Source of the DNA: Candidatus Magasanikbacteria bacterium CG11_big_fil_rev_8_21_14_0_20_39_34
Lineage (GTDB): Bacteria > Patescibacteriota > Patescibacteriia > Magasanikbacterales > UBA922
Assembly: GCA_002787355.1 (NCBI GenBank)
Contig: PCWN01000007.1
Location: 315,552-379,551 of the forward strand
DNA: 64,000 bases
Direction: 5' to 3'
Shown here: positions 9,320 through 18,697 of the stretch, in pieces
Position numbering within the stretch: the first letter of the stretch is position 1
Layout of the letters: each line of letters opens with the position of its first letter
Position numbers and translations under genes: made by a program
Notes under the pieces: generated by a model
Seen by the model: only the letters and a program-made list of their open reading frames with translations
Database searches by the model: none
What the model was told of the DNA's origin: nothing

Positions 9320-9904
9320 ATGAAAAGATGTAGCTGGGTGTCTTTGGATCCACTCTATATTCAATATCACGATAAAGAATGGGGCGTTCCCATTTTTCAG
9401 GACAGAAAACTCTTTGAACTTCTTATCCTAGAAGGAGCTCAAGCAGGTCTCTCTTGGTTTACCGTACTCAAAAAGAGAAAAAATTATCAAAAAGCCTTTG
9501 ATAATTTTAACTACAAAAAAATAGCCCTCTACTCTAAAAAACAGGAGCAAGCACTCCTAAAAAATGAAGGGATAATCCGTAACAAGTTAAAGATTTCATC
9601 CACCATTAAAAATGCTCAAGTTTTTCTGGATATTCAGAAGGAATTTGGAAGTTTTCATAATTATCTTTGGGGTTATGTCCAGGGGAAACCTCTTCAAAAC
9701 AAAAGAAAAAGTACACGTGAAATTCCAGCATCCACTCCTCTTTCCGATACCATATCACGTGATCTCAAAAAGAGAGGTATGAACTTTGTGGGATCTACCA
9801 TCATCTATGCTTATCTACAAGCAATAGGTATTGTGAATGACCACGAAGTAAGCTGCTTTCGATATAAACAATTAAAAAATAGCAAAACAGAAATTATTAG
9901 ATAA
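9320..9904 (+). CDS. tag: DNA-3-methyladenine glycosylase I
   Basis: Tag family hallmarks: CSWVSLDPLYIQYHDKEWGVP, EGAQAGLSW, and CFRY near the C-terminus. Confidence 0.8.
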   Translation: MKRCSWVSLDPLYIQYHDKEWGVPIFQDRKLFELLILEGAQAGLSWFTVLKKRKNYQKAFDNFNYKKIALYSKKQEQALLKNEGIIRNKLKISSTIKNAQVFLDIQKEFGSFHNYLWGYVQGKPLQNKRKSTREIPASTPLSDTISRDLKKRGMNFVGSTIIYAYLQAIGIVNDHEVSCFRYKQLKNSKTEIIR

Positions 9905-9966
9905 TTTTTTCTTTTTCTGCTATAATATACCCATAAATTAGACCTTACTGAACTTTTGCATTCTTT

Positions 9967-10518
9967 ATGCAATATAAAGACAACGATCCAAATCCTCAAA
10001 AGGCATACCCATCTGCTGAAACACAACCATCCGCACCAGAACGGCAGGAATTTACAGAAAAAGCTCCTAACACAGCAAAACAAGAATTTGCTGATTTTGC
10101 TGTAGAACAAAAAGAATCCAAAGAAAACTCAGAAAAAGAAAACAATTTTTTAGGTGATGCACTTCGAGAAATCCGAAATAAACTTTCCAGAAACCAAAAG
10201 AAAAAAACTGTTGTTTTTCCAAAACATAAAGACCAACTTACTGAAGAAATAGAAAAAATTATGTCAGAAGGCCTTGGTGATACCTTCAAACAACTGGATC
10301 GTGTACAACAGATGGAATTTAAACTTAAGGGTGAAGAAACTGCCTATAAAATCCGTCAAATTCTTCAATCTTCCCATGTCCGAATGAAAAACATTTTTCG
10401 ACTTCTCCTCGAATGGCTCAAAATGCTTCCTGGAATAAACCGTTTTTTCCTGGAACAAGAAGCAAAAATTAAAGCAGAACACCTCCTTCATTTGCGCGAA
10501 AAGCATAAAAAGCACTGA
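9967..10518 (+). CDS. Hypothetical charged/coiled protein, first gene of the ATPase operon
   Basis: 183 aa, rich in K/E. Its stop lies 3 nt before the next start. Confidence 0.4.
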   Translation: MQYKDNDPNPQKAYPSAETQPSAPERQEFTEKAPNTAKQEFADFAVEQKESKENSEKENNFLGDALREIRNKLSRNQKKKTVVFPKHKDQLTEEIEKIMSEGLGDTFKQLDRVQQMEFKLKGEETAYKIRQILQSSHVRMKNIFRLLLEWLKMLPGINRFFLEQEAKIKAEHLLHLREKHKKH

Positions 10519-10520
10519 GT

Positions 10521-13106
10521 ATGTCCTTTTTTCTTGTTAATTTCACCCTTTCTTCATCTAACCTTGCAAACGCGCAAACAGTTCTTCGTGATCCACTCAC
10601 TTTGAACCTCATTATCTTAGCAGGAATAGTTATTCTCTTTTTGACTCTTCTCTTTTTGCTTAGATCAATCCTCCATGCTTCAGCACGACAAAAAAGAATT
10701 TTTGATCGTGTTATACTGCAGGTTTTAGTACCAAAGGAAAGAAAATCTGAAGGACAAGGTGGTCAAGTTGGTCAAGAAGACCGGCTTGAGCATATCAAAG
10801 AAGAAGTTGGAATTACTGAAACCTTTCTTTCTACCATTGCAGGAATTAAATCCCAACGAGGCTTTATCCGTTGGCTTACCGGATCCAATGATTACTTTTC
10901 TTTTGAGATTGTAGCTAAAAATGGTCTTATCTATTTTTATATTGATACACCAAAAAAGAAAAAGAATCTCATTGAACAACAAGTACATGCCCAATTCCCC
11001 TATGCGCAAATTGATCAAATGATAGACTATAACCTTTTTGAAAAAGACAGTACCGTGGTAGGAGGATATCTCACCACAACAAACAAAGAATTTCTTCCTA
11101 TAAAAACCTACAAGGATCTTGATTCTGATCCCATGGCATCCATCCTGAACTCTCTTGCAAAAATTACTGGGAATGCACAAGGTTCTGCCGCGGTTCAATA
11201 CGTCGTGCGAAGTGCGTCAAAGAGTTGGAGAAGAAAAGGAGCATCAGTAGTTCGTGAAGTAAAAAAAGGAGAAAAATTTGAAAATGTCCTAAACGCATCT
11301 TCTTTTGGAAAAATTTTTAGTACTCTTTTTAAAGAACTCGGAGAATTGGCAAGCCCCAAAAAGAATGACCCAACGGATAAAGAAGAAAAATATCAGCTTT
11401 CTTCCATGGAAGAAGAAATGCTCAAAAAGATTGAAGAAAAACTTACCAAAGGTGGATTAAGCATCACCGTTCGCATCCTCAGTGTATCCAATAATACAGA
11501 AACTGCACAGATCAACCTCGATAACCTTATTAACTCTTTTTCGCAGCTTAATCTATACCGGTTTGGAAATAGTTTTCAAGCCGTTATCCCACGAAACCAA
11601 ACAAAACTCATTCGTGATTTTATTTACAGAACTTTTGACGAAAAACGAAAAATTCTCCTCAATACTGAAGAGTTTTCTTCTATATGGCATCTTCCACTCC
11701 ACTCTACCGAAACACCAAATATCAAATGGCTTGGTGGTCGCAAATCCCCTCCTCCCCCAAACCTTCCCAAAGAAGGCCTCCTTATGGGTCATATTCCATA
11801 CCGTAGTACCGATACCCAAGTGTTCATGAAAGAGGCAGATAGAAGACGCCATCTCTATATCATTGGAAAGTCTGGTTCCGGAAAATCCGTCCTGATTTCA
11901 AACCTTGCTATACAAGACATTCAAAATAATAAGGGTGTCTGTGTTGTAGACCCTCATGGAGATCTGGTAGAAGATATCCTTGGACATATTCCCAAACACA
12001 GAGTTGATGATGTTATCGTATTTAACCCTTCTGATCTTGAACGACCTATTGGGCTCAATATGCTTGAAGCAAGGAGTGATGACCAAAAAGACTTTGCTGT
12101 TCAAGAAATGATTGGAATTTTTTATAAGCTCTTTCCACCAGAAATGATTGGTCCAATGTTTGAGCACCAAATGAGAAATGTGATGCTTACCCTTATGGCA
12201 GATTTGGAGAATCCTGGAACAGTTATTGATATTCCCCGTATGTTTACCGATGACTCGTATGTAAAACAATATCTCGTAAAATTAAAAGATCCGGTGGTCC
12301 GTGCCTTCTGGGAAAAAGAAATGGCCAAAACCAGTGATTTTCATAAATCAGAAATGCTTGGATATCTGGTTTCAAAAGTAGGACGTTTTGTTGGAAATGA
12401 AATGATGAGAAACATCATGGGACAACAAAGATCCGGATTTAGTTTCCGGGATGCTATGGACCAACAAAAGATTCTTCTGGTAAATTTGGCAAAAGGGACA
12501 ACCGGAGAAGTAAATTCCAAGCTTATTGGTCTTATTGTAGTGGCAAAATTACAAATGGCAGCTATGGGTCGTGCAGACATGGATGAAAGTATGCGTAAAG
12601 ATTTTTATCTCTATATAGATGAGTTCCAAAACTTTACCACCGACTCTATTTCCACTATTCTTTCTGAGGCTCGTAAATATCGCCTTGATCTTATTATTGC
12701 CCATCAATATATGGGCCAGCTTATAGATGACAAAGGAAAATCAGATATCAAAGATGCCGTTCTTGGAAACGTTGGTACCATGTGTGTAGGACGTATTGGT
12801 CCAGAAGATGCAGATATTCTTGCAAAGGAGTTTGCTCCCACTTTTGGTGCCTATGACCTCCTCAATCCACCGCAGTACTCCTACTATGCAAAAGTACTCA
12901 TAGATAATGAAACGACCCGTCCTTTTAATATGCTCGCCTATCCGCCCAAGGAAGGAAACCGAGAACTCGCCAAGGCTATAAAAGAGCTCTCACGCTTGAA
13001 ATATGGGCGTGATAGACGTATAGTAGAGGCAGAGATACTTGAACGAACAAAATTGGGACAATCTGAAGGCGCCGCAAAGACAGATATGATAGAAGCTTCA
13101 CTCTAA
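10521..13106 (+). CDS. Membrane-anchored FtsK/HerA/TrwB-superfamily P-loop ATPase (type IV coupling protein VirD4/TraD/TraG-like)
   Basis: N-terminal TM helix. Walker A IIGKSGSGKS is followed by VVDPHGD. Walker B is LYIDEFQNF. SEARKYRLDLIIAHQYMGQL resembles the TrwB/TraD EARKFG...QS..QL motif. Confidence 0.6.
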   Translation: MSFFLVNFTLSSSNLANAQTVLRDPLTLNLIILAGIVILFLTLLFLLRSILHASARQKRIFDRVILQVLVPKERKSEGQGGQVGQEDRLEHIKEEVGITETFLSTIAGIKSQRGFIRWLTGSNDYFSFEIVAKNGLIYFYIDTPKKKKNLIEQQVHAQFPYAQIDQMIDYNLFEKDSTVVGGYLTTTNKEFLPIKTYKDLDSDPMASILNSLAKITGNAQGSAAVQYVVRSASKSWRRKGASVVREVKKGEKFENVLNASSFGKIFSTLFKELGELASPKKNDPTDKEEKYQLSSMEEEMLKKIEEKLTKGGLSITVRILSVSNNTETAQINLDNLINSFSQLNLYRFGNSFQAVIPRNQTKLIRDFIYRTFDEKRKILLNTEEFSSIWHLPLHSTETPNIKWLGGRKSPPPPNLPKEGLLMGHIPYRSTDTQVFMKEADRRRHLYIIGKSGSGKSVLISNLAIQDIQNNKGVCVVDPHGDLVEDILGHIPKHRVDDVIVFNPSDLERPIGLNMLEARSDDQKDFAVQEMIGIFYKLFPPEMIGPMFEHQMRNVMLTLMADLENPGTVIDIPRMFTDDSYVKQYLVKLKDPVVRAFWEKEMAKTSDFHKSEMLGYLVSKVGRFVGNEMMRNIMGQQRSGFSFRDAMDQQKILLVNLAKGTTGEVNSKLIGLIVVAKLQMAAMGRADMDESMRKDFYLYIDEFQNFTTDSISTILSEARKYRLDLIIAHQYMGQLIDDKGKSDIKDAVLGNVGTMCVGRIGPEDADILAKEFAPTFGAYDLLNPPQYSYYAKVLIDNETTRPFNMLAYPPKEGNRELAKAIKELSRLKYGRDRRIVEAEILERTKLGQSEGAAKTDMIEASL

Positions 13107-13136
13107 TATTAAAAATGTTTTAAAATAAAAACAAAT

Positions 13137-13844
13137 ATGCAAAACACAAACCCAAATAACGATTTTTTTTCTGACGACTCATCCTCTTTTCTCTCAACTC
13201 CTCCACAGACACTTCCCCCAGATGACCAAATAATGGAATCATCTTCAATGCCGGTAATGCAAAATTTTATATCCCCCGAACCTGCCTCTGTTATTTCGGC
13301 AGAACCTTCAGAAAATAATCAGAACGAAGTGGTGGACACCCATGAGTTTGTCTCCATGATTCACGGAATGCAGGATCAACTTGATGCCATGTTGAAGATG
13401 ATTTCCGGTCGCTCCATTCCACGAATAAAGAATTCCAAACAAAAAATACACGCTGAAGACTTTTCATCCAACGAACGCATAGTAGAAGGAGTATTTAATG
13501 GTGAAAAGATGGTTGGTCCAGATGGAGAAGAATTTTCTATTCCACCAAACTACGCCAGTAAATCAAAACTGGTTGAAGGGGATCTCATGAAACTTACCAT
13601 TTCTCAAAATGGAAGCTTTATTTATAAACAAACCAGTCCTGTTCCACGAAAAAGATTAGTTGGAGAACTGGTATCCAATAGCGATAACGGTCACTGGAAT
13701 GCTATCGCCTCCGGACGAACGTATCAACTCCTTACCGCATCCGTGACTTTCTTCAAAGGCAAGCCCGGAGATGAAGTTATCCTTTTGGTGCCAGAAGATG
13801 GTCAAAGTTCCTGGGCGGCAGTAGAAAATATAATCAATAAGTAG
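13137..13844 (+). CDS. Hypothetical protein (low-complexity N-terminus, beta-rich C-terminal domain)
   Basis: 235 aa, co-directional and tightly linked to the ATPase. No family recognised. Confidence 0.4.
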   Translation: MQNTNPNNDFFSDDSSSFLSTPPQTLPPDDQIMESSSMPVMQNFISPEPASVISAEPSENNQNEVVDTHEFVSMIHGMQDQLDAMLKMISGRSIPRIKNSKQKIHAEDFSSNERIVEGVFNGEKMVGPDGEEFSIPPNYASKSKLVEGDLMKLTISQNGSFIYKQTSPVPRKRLVGELVSNSDNGHWNAIASGRTYQLLTASVTFFKGKPGDEVILLVPEDGQSSWAAVENIINK

Positions 13845-13847
13845 TCC

Positions 13848-14672
13848 ATGAAAGAATCAAGAGAGATTCAAAAAAAACTCCAAACATTGCTTACCCCACA
13901 CAATGTCCTCCTCGGAGGAAGTCTGATACGCGGGGAATCAACACCCCACTCGGATGTTGATTTTTTTGTCGTGCCCAAAAATCTTTGGTCACTTTTTTTT
14001 ATTATCAGAAAAAAGCAAAGCATTCAAAAGCTTGCAGAACTTCATGTATGCTTTCCCAAATGGATTCAAAAGCACTTTTACTATGTGTATGGAAAGAATG
14101 TAGATGGCATGCTCACAAAGATTACTCCCCTGCCCCATGTTGCAGCATATAACTGTGCCATGATGTGCACTATTTTGCTCATGGAAGCCTCTATTGCCCT
14201 TGTGGATAACCACCTTACTGAAGCCAATCATATTTCTCAAAAACTCAAAAAAAATGTTCTGCTCTTAAAATATTTTCTTCAGATGAAAGAAGACAAAAAA
14301 TTGGAAAAAGGAGGACCTCTTTTTAACTTTGAACAAGATGATATTTTTTCTTTGTCTACACTCTCAAATCTCACGACAAAAGAAATTGATGTACTATTTT
14401 CTGAAATAAACTCAAAAAAAATAAAGGAAGTTTCTACCTATGTAACTCGTATTTTAGAGACTTATTTTTTGCACAAAAAGTCTCCTCTTCTTTTGGAATC
14501 ATTTTCAACTTTGGACCTCCTCCGCAAAGGAGACTTTCACACTCCCAAACGCTACTTTAATAAAAAGTGGGTTGAAAAAATAAATACAGCAATACAAAAT
14601 GAACAACACAATGAAATAAAAACATACCTAAGCCTAGCACAAAAAAAGCTCATCCACTGGATTACAATATAA
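13848..14672 (+). CDS. Pol-beta-superfamily nucleotidyltransferase domain protein
   Basis: GGSLIRGESTPHSDVDFFVV is a GS...DxD minimal nucleotidyltransferase motif. The C-terminus is helical. It starts 4 nt after the previous stop. Confidence 0.55.
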   Translation: MKESREIQKKLQTLLTPHNVLLGGSLIRGESTPHSDVDFFVVPKNLWSLFFIIRKKQSIQKLAELHVCFPKWIQKHFYYVYGKNVDGMLTKITPLPHVAAYNCAMMCTILLMEASIALVDNHLTEANHISQKLKKNVLLLKYFLQMKEDKKLEKGGPLFNFEQDDIFSLSTLSNLTTKEIDVLFSEINSKKIKEVSTYVTRILETYFLHKKSPLLLESFSTLDLLRKGDFHTPKRYFNKKWVEKINTAIQNEQHNEIKTYLSLAQKKLIHWITI

Positions 14673-14698
14673 AAAAGCCCCAAATGGGGCTTTTTCTA
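14673..14698. terminator. Bidirectional terminator hairpin (aagcccc-aaat-ggggctt, A/T flanks)
   Basis: It lies between the convergent NTase (+) and SWIB (-) genes. Confidence 0.6.
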
Positions 14699-14709
14699 TG
14701 GATTCAATC

Positions 14710-14979
14710 TTATTTTTTGTCTGGATCAGTAATGTGTGGAGTAACCAGTTTGGTCATTTCAAACATGGTAACTTCTTTCTTTCCAAAAAGAGGCATCAAA
14801 AGATCATCTGCAAAAATGTTTCTTTTGTTCTTTGGGTTCTGAAGATCATGCTTCTTAATGTATTCCCAAAGTTTCTTTACAACTTGAGAACGTGGCATTG
14901 GACCTTTTCCAACAACTGCCTCAAGCTCTGGTGATAGATTAAGTGGCTTGAGCAAAGCAGGGTTTGCTTTTCTTGGCAT
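14710..14979 (-). CDS. SWIB/MDM2 domain protein
   Basis: 89 aa with PSPELEAVVG...RSQVVKKLWEYIKKHDLQNP...IFADDLLMPLFGK, a typical SWIB domain. Confidence 0.75.
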   Translation of the reverse strand: MPRKANPALLKPLNLSPELEAVVGKGPMPRSQVVKKLWEYIKKHDLQNPKNKRNIFADDLLMPLFGKKEVTMFEMTKLVTPHITDPDKK

Positions 14980-15152
14980 AAAAAAGACATTAAAAATGAA
15001 TTACACTATTTCGCATAGAGTATAGCATGGGAAAGAAATCCTGACAAGTGACCCTGTATATTCCCCTGCTTTACGAACCATTTCTTTTCCTATATACTTT
15101 GAAGAGTAACAACCAAAAATGAAGGAGACTCAAGCCTGATTTTTACCTGATT

Positions 15153-16730
15153 TTGAACCCTATGGCCCTCTACCACAAGCACAGACCACAATCTTTTCAT
15201 GATATTGCAGGACAACTTCACATTGTTCAGACCATTACAAACCAAATCAAATCAAATAAGATTTCCCATGCCTATCTTTTTTCAGGTCCTCGTGGAGTTG
15301 GAAAAACAACACTGGCACGTGTATTTGCAAAATCCATCAACTGCAAAAAAATGGATGGCTCAGAATTTGAACCGGATAATACCACCCAAGATGCCATAGA
15401 AATTACCTCAGGCAGATCCATTGATGTGATTGAGATAGATGCTGCCAGTAACACGGGTGTAGATAATGTCCGTGAGAATATCATTGAGAATGTTCAATTT
15501 CGCCCTACAAAGCTTCCCTACAAGGTTTTCATCATAGATGAGGTCCACATGCTCTCAACTAGTGCATTTAATGCCCTTCTCAAAACATTGGAGGAACCCC
15601 CCAAGCATGCCATATTTATTTTGGCGACGACAGAAATTCATAAACTTCCCAAAACGATTGTTTCTCGTTGTCAGGTCTTTCAATTTGAAAAACTCTCTTT
15701 CCCGGTCCTCAAAGAGTATCTTCTCAAAATTGCAAAGGAAGAAGATATCACCCTTGAGGATGCACTCCTGGACGCTATTATTTACAAAAGTGATGGATGT
15801 GCAAGAGACGCCATAAATCTATTGGATCAAATGATGTCTACTGGTGAAAAAAATATCACTTTTGATATTGCTTCCGCACTTTTGCCAAGTGCATCTAAAA
15901 ACGATATTCTAAAACTTCTTTTTTCACTTTCTCAAAAAGATCTTCGTGAATCCGTTGAAGCCATACACGCGCTCCAAGCACAAAATATTCATGTAAATTT
16001 TGCTTTTGAAGAATCCATCACCATTTTGCGACATGCACTCTTACTCAGTATTAATCAAAATGATTCAGAATACATAAAACTTGAGTACGAACAAACCGCT
16101 CTTTCTCTTCTCACACAGATTGTAGATCATCTTTCCCGTCAAGATATGATTTGCCTTCTTGATCTTCTCCTCAAACGAAAAACAGAAACCAAAACGGCAC
16201 CTATCCCCTATCTCCCGCTGGAAATTCTTGCCGTGGAATGGTGTGAACCCGTAACCACGAAGACCAAACCTCCCGAAATACAAACTCCTGTACCCAAGAA
16301 AACGGAATCCAAAATAGAAAAGCTGGTCCACAAGGTAGAAGAAAAAGTGGAAGAAATAGTTGCTTCACCTCCCCCCGACAAAATAGAACCACTTTCTTCT
16401 CAACCTTCCTCTGTCTTACTTTCTGATGTTCAAAAAAAATGGCCTGAGTTTTTGAAACTGGTAGAAAAAGAAGCACCCTCACTGTGTTTTATCCTCCAAA
16501 ATTCAGAGATTCTCTCTCTTGAAAATAATACCATACAGGTTTCTGTAGAATATGCTTTTCACAGAGACAAGATAGAACAGGTTCAAACCAAACAAAAACT
16601 TGAAAAGGCGCTTGCGGAGGCCATAGGAGCTACATTGTATATTGAGCCACAAGTTCTTATGAAAGATGCAGAAAAACAAAAAAAAGAACTTGATGGACTT
16701 GCCAACCTTATTGGTGGTGAAGTCCTTTAG
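15153..16730 (+). CDS. dnaX: DNA polymerase III subunit gamma/tau
   Basis: YHKHRPQSFHDIAGQ, Walker A GPRGVGKTT, the SRC motif (TIVSRCQVFQF) and a Zn-module CxxC region. Confidence 0.9.
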   Translation: MNPMALYHKHRPQSFHDIAGQLHIVQTITNQIKSNKISHAYLFSGPRGVGKTTLARVFAKSINCKKMDGSEFEPDNTTQDAIEITSGRSIDVIEIDAASNTGVDNVRENIIENVQFRPTKLPYKVFIIDEVHMLSTSAFNALLKTLEEPPKHAIFILATTEIHKLPKTIVSRCQVFQFEKLSFPVLKEYLLKIAKEEDITLEDALLDAIIYKSDGCARDAINLLDQMMSTGEKNITFDIASALLPSASKNDILKLLFSLSQKDLRESVEAIHALQAQNIHVNFAFEESITILRHALLLSINQNDSEYIKLEYEQTALSLLTQIVDHLSRQDMICLLDLLLKRKTETKTAPIPYLPLEILAVEWCEPVTTKTKPPEIQTPVPKKTESKIEKLVHKVEEKVEEIVASPPPDKIEPLSSQPSSVLLSDVQKKWPEFLKLVEKEAPSLCFILQNSEILSLENNTIQVSVEYAFHRDKIEQVQTKQKLEKALAEAIGATLYIEPQVLMKDAEKQKKELDGLANLIGGEVL

Positions 16731-16738
16731 AGAAAAAC

Positions 16739-17725
16739 ATGAAATCCTCCATTCTTACTTTATGTATAATTTTCTGTGCCCTCTTTGGAGGTATTTCTTT
16801 TGTGTCTGCAACAAATTTACCCGTACCCTTTACCATACAAGCCCCCGATGAACACTGGAGAGAGCCTTGGGAAAATGCCTGTGAAGAAGCCACACTCACG
16901 ATGGTAAACCTCTATTACCAAATGGCAATACCACAAAGAACTATACCTGTAGATCAGGCCATTGCAGAGATTCTTCGTGTTTTTCGTATAAAAAATGCTA
17001 CTCTTGGCACCAGTTTTGATGAGAATGCAGAAAAAATAACTTTTCTTATAAATAACTATTTCCCTTTTGAAGCCTACACGGTAGAAAACCCAACCCTGGA
17101 ACAGATAAAGGCAGAAATAGATGCTCAAAGACCGGTTATAGGACTCTTCTATGGACGAGATCTTCACAACCAATATTTTCGTGATGGTGGACCTGCGTAC
17201 CATACCTTCCCCATAAGTGGTTATGATGATGAAAAACAGGAGTTTATTGTTCAAGAGACGGGTACACGCCATGGTCTTGACTTTCGCTATTCTTATGCTA
17301 CAATAATGCGTGCTATCCACGATTTTGTGCCCCACAATGTACAAAATAGTCCCAAAAGGATCATCTTTACCCGCACCATGACCGCGGAAACTCGTAATCT
17401 GGATGCAGATAAAGATGGACTTTCAAAAAGTGAAGAAATACTGTCAGGAACGGATATGTTTCTTCCCGATACGGACTTTGACGGATTTTCGGATGGTATT
17501 GAGGTAAAATATGACTACTCTCCAAAAATTGCAGAGTTGAAACTTCCCACAGGAACCCTCATAAAAAGCAAACATGCTCCAAGTGTGTATCTCCTTGACG
17601 GAAGGAGCAAAAGATTGATTCTCTCTGAAAAAGCTTTTTTAGAGAGAGGATATAAATGGGAAAATATTTTAGATGTCAGTGATGGATTTTTGCGTAGGCT
17701 CAGTGATGGAGCCAATATAGAATAA
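16739..17725 (+). CDS. Secreted papain-like cysteine peptidase (Peptidase_C39-like) with C-terminal extension
   Basis: Signal peptide. A catalytic Cys context NACEEATLTMVNLYY and a downstream GGPAYHTFPISGYDD (His). The C-terminus is D-rich. Confidence 0.55.
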   Translation: MKSSILTLCIIFCALFGGISFVSATNLPVPFTIQAPDEHWREPWENACEEATLTMVNLYYQMAIPQRTIPVDQAIAEILRVFRIKNATLGTSFDENAEKITFLINNYFPFEAYTVENPTLEQIKAEIDAQRPVIGLFYGRDLHNQYFRDGGPAYHTFPISGYDDEKQEFIVQETGTRHGLDFRYSYATIMRAIHDFVPHNVQNSPKRIIFTRTMTAETRNLDADKDGLSKSEEILSGTDMFLPDTDFDGFSDGIEVKYDYSPKIAELKLPTGTLIKSKHAPSVYLLDGRSKRLILSEKAFLERGYKWENILDVSDGFLRRLSDGANIE

Positions 17726-17734
17726 CAACATTAT

Positions 17735-17805
17735 TCGGGGATCGTCTAATGGTAGGACTCCAGGTTCTGGTCCTGGCTATCGGGGTTCGAGTCCCTGTCC
17801 CCGAG
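17735..17805 (+). tRNA. tRNA-Gln (anticodon CTG)
   Basis: Hand-folded cloverleaf. Acceptor stem TCGGGGA/TCCCCGA with U1:A72 and G73. 4-bp D-stem with a GG loop. Anticodon stem CCAGG/CCTGG with loop TTCTGGT. T-arm CGGGG-TTCGAGT-CCCTG. Confidence 0.85.
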
Positions 17806-17820
17806 CAAGCAAGGGTGAGC

Positions 17821-17845
17821 AGGCACGAGAGTGCCTGTTTTCTTG
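17821..17845 (+). terminator. Hairpin + T-run after the tRNA
   Basis: aggcac-gaga-gtgcct followed by gttttcttg. Confidence 0.5.
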
Positions 17846-17863
17846 TATTCTGAGCCATTTTTT

Positions 17864-17879
17864 AGAAGTTCGGAAGTTG
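17864..17879. repeat. Direct repeat copy 1 (AGAAGTTCGGAAGTTG), candidate att-like island boundary
   Basis: It matches 24918-24933 at 15 of 16 positions, with 13 of 13 in the core. It sits about 60 nt past the tRNA-Gln 3' end. Confidence 0.4.
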
Positions 17880-17930
17880 CGTTTAGCTTGGGCATCCATT
17901 CAGCCAAAAACTGATATGCTGGTGTCGCTG

Positions 17931-18254
17931 TTACGTGTACTTCGCGTTCAAGCGTGAGTTCCATATGAGAGAAAAAACGGGACAATAAGAGACGTTTTTC
18001 TTCGGGTGAGGTTTGTCTTCTCGTGCGTTAAATGCGAGCCTGTGAATCTCTAGCCCTACTTCGTAGTAGTTATCGACCCGATCTTCGAGATTTTCAAGCT
18101 GTTTCAAAATAGAGCGTTTCTCACGTTTGTAATCATCCGCTTTTCTCTTGTAATACTCGTCGGTTATCACGCCGTCCAGCCTGTCCTCGTACATTTTGTC
18201 GAGACGACCCTCGAGCCTCTCTATAGCCTCGTTGAGCTGTTTGCGTGATGTCAT
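17931..18254 (-). pseudogene. Recombinase-like remnant (coiled-coil segment resembling the C-terminal region of large serine recombinases); likely a decayed integrase
   Basis: 107 aa with LEGRLDKMYEDRLDGVITDEYYKRKADDYKREKRSILKQLENLE. It has no catalytic domain. The surrounding roughly 900 bp has about 50% GC and only fragmentary ORFs. Confidence 0.3.
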
Positions 18255-18343
18255 GGAATAATCCGTCTTGTCTTGGTTCTTTTCCTTGAGAGCCTCGTTA
18301 TGTGATTGTTTATACAGACACCAGCGAGAAGAGAGGTCAAGCG

Positions 18344-18517
18344 TTATCGTTTATGCTTGGTCTTGTCGACCAATGTAAACTTCTTCGCTTCACCTGCATA
18401 CGGCGGAGCTGTTTCACCTTTGGTCAACGTGATTTCACGTCTAGTTCCTGACGGTCGATATTGACCCGAAACAGGTGCTTTGTGCCCCGTCGATGTTGTT
18501 ACCTTTTTGTTAGGCAT
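18344..18517 (-). CDS. Small basic hypothetical ORF (57 aa) in the island's decayed region
   Basis: Hand-translated MPNKKVTTSTGHKAPVSGQYRPSGTRREITLTKGETAPPYAGEAKKFTLVDKTKHKR. It falls below the ORF-track length cutoff. Confidence 0.2.
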   Translation of the reverse strand: MPNKKVTTSTGHKAPVSGQYRPSGTRREITLTKGETAPPYAGEAKKFTLVDKTKHKR

Positions 18518-18697
18518 ACATTTTCGGTTAGCCGATGAATAAAACGGGTAGCGTCCGACTTTTACTCCGCCCCGCGGAGTAAAAACCTCAATAGATTTGC
18601 ACTCCGGAGGGGGTAAAGTGAGCTGATCCGAGAGTATTCAAAGGGGGCTGAAATTATCTCGCTGGCATCTATATAAACAACTGATTGGAATGAACGC

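Noticed and set aside
15199-16482. Short ORFs inside or antisense to dnaX (15199..15399 +, 15272..15484 -, 15538..15816 +, 16065..16331 -, 16201..16482 -)
   Set aside because: They are nested in or antisense to a well-supported long gene with no independent signals. The same reasoning applies to the many 60-120-aa antisense ORFs inside other long genes throughout the window.
17746-17985. 79-aa minus-strand ORF overlapping tRNA-Gln
   Set aside because: It overlaps the tRNA and its terminator, so it is spurious.
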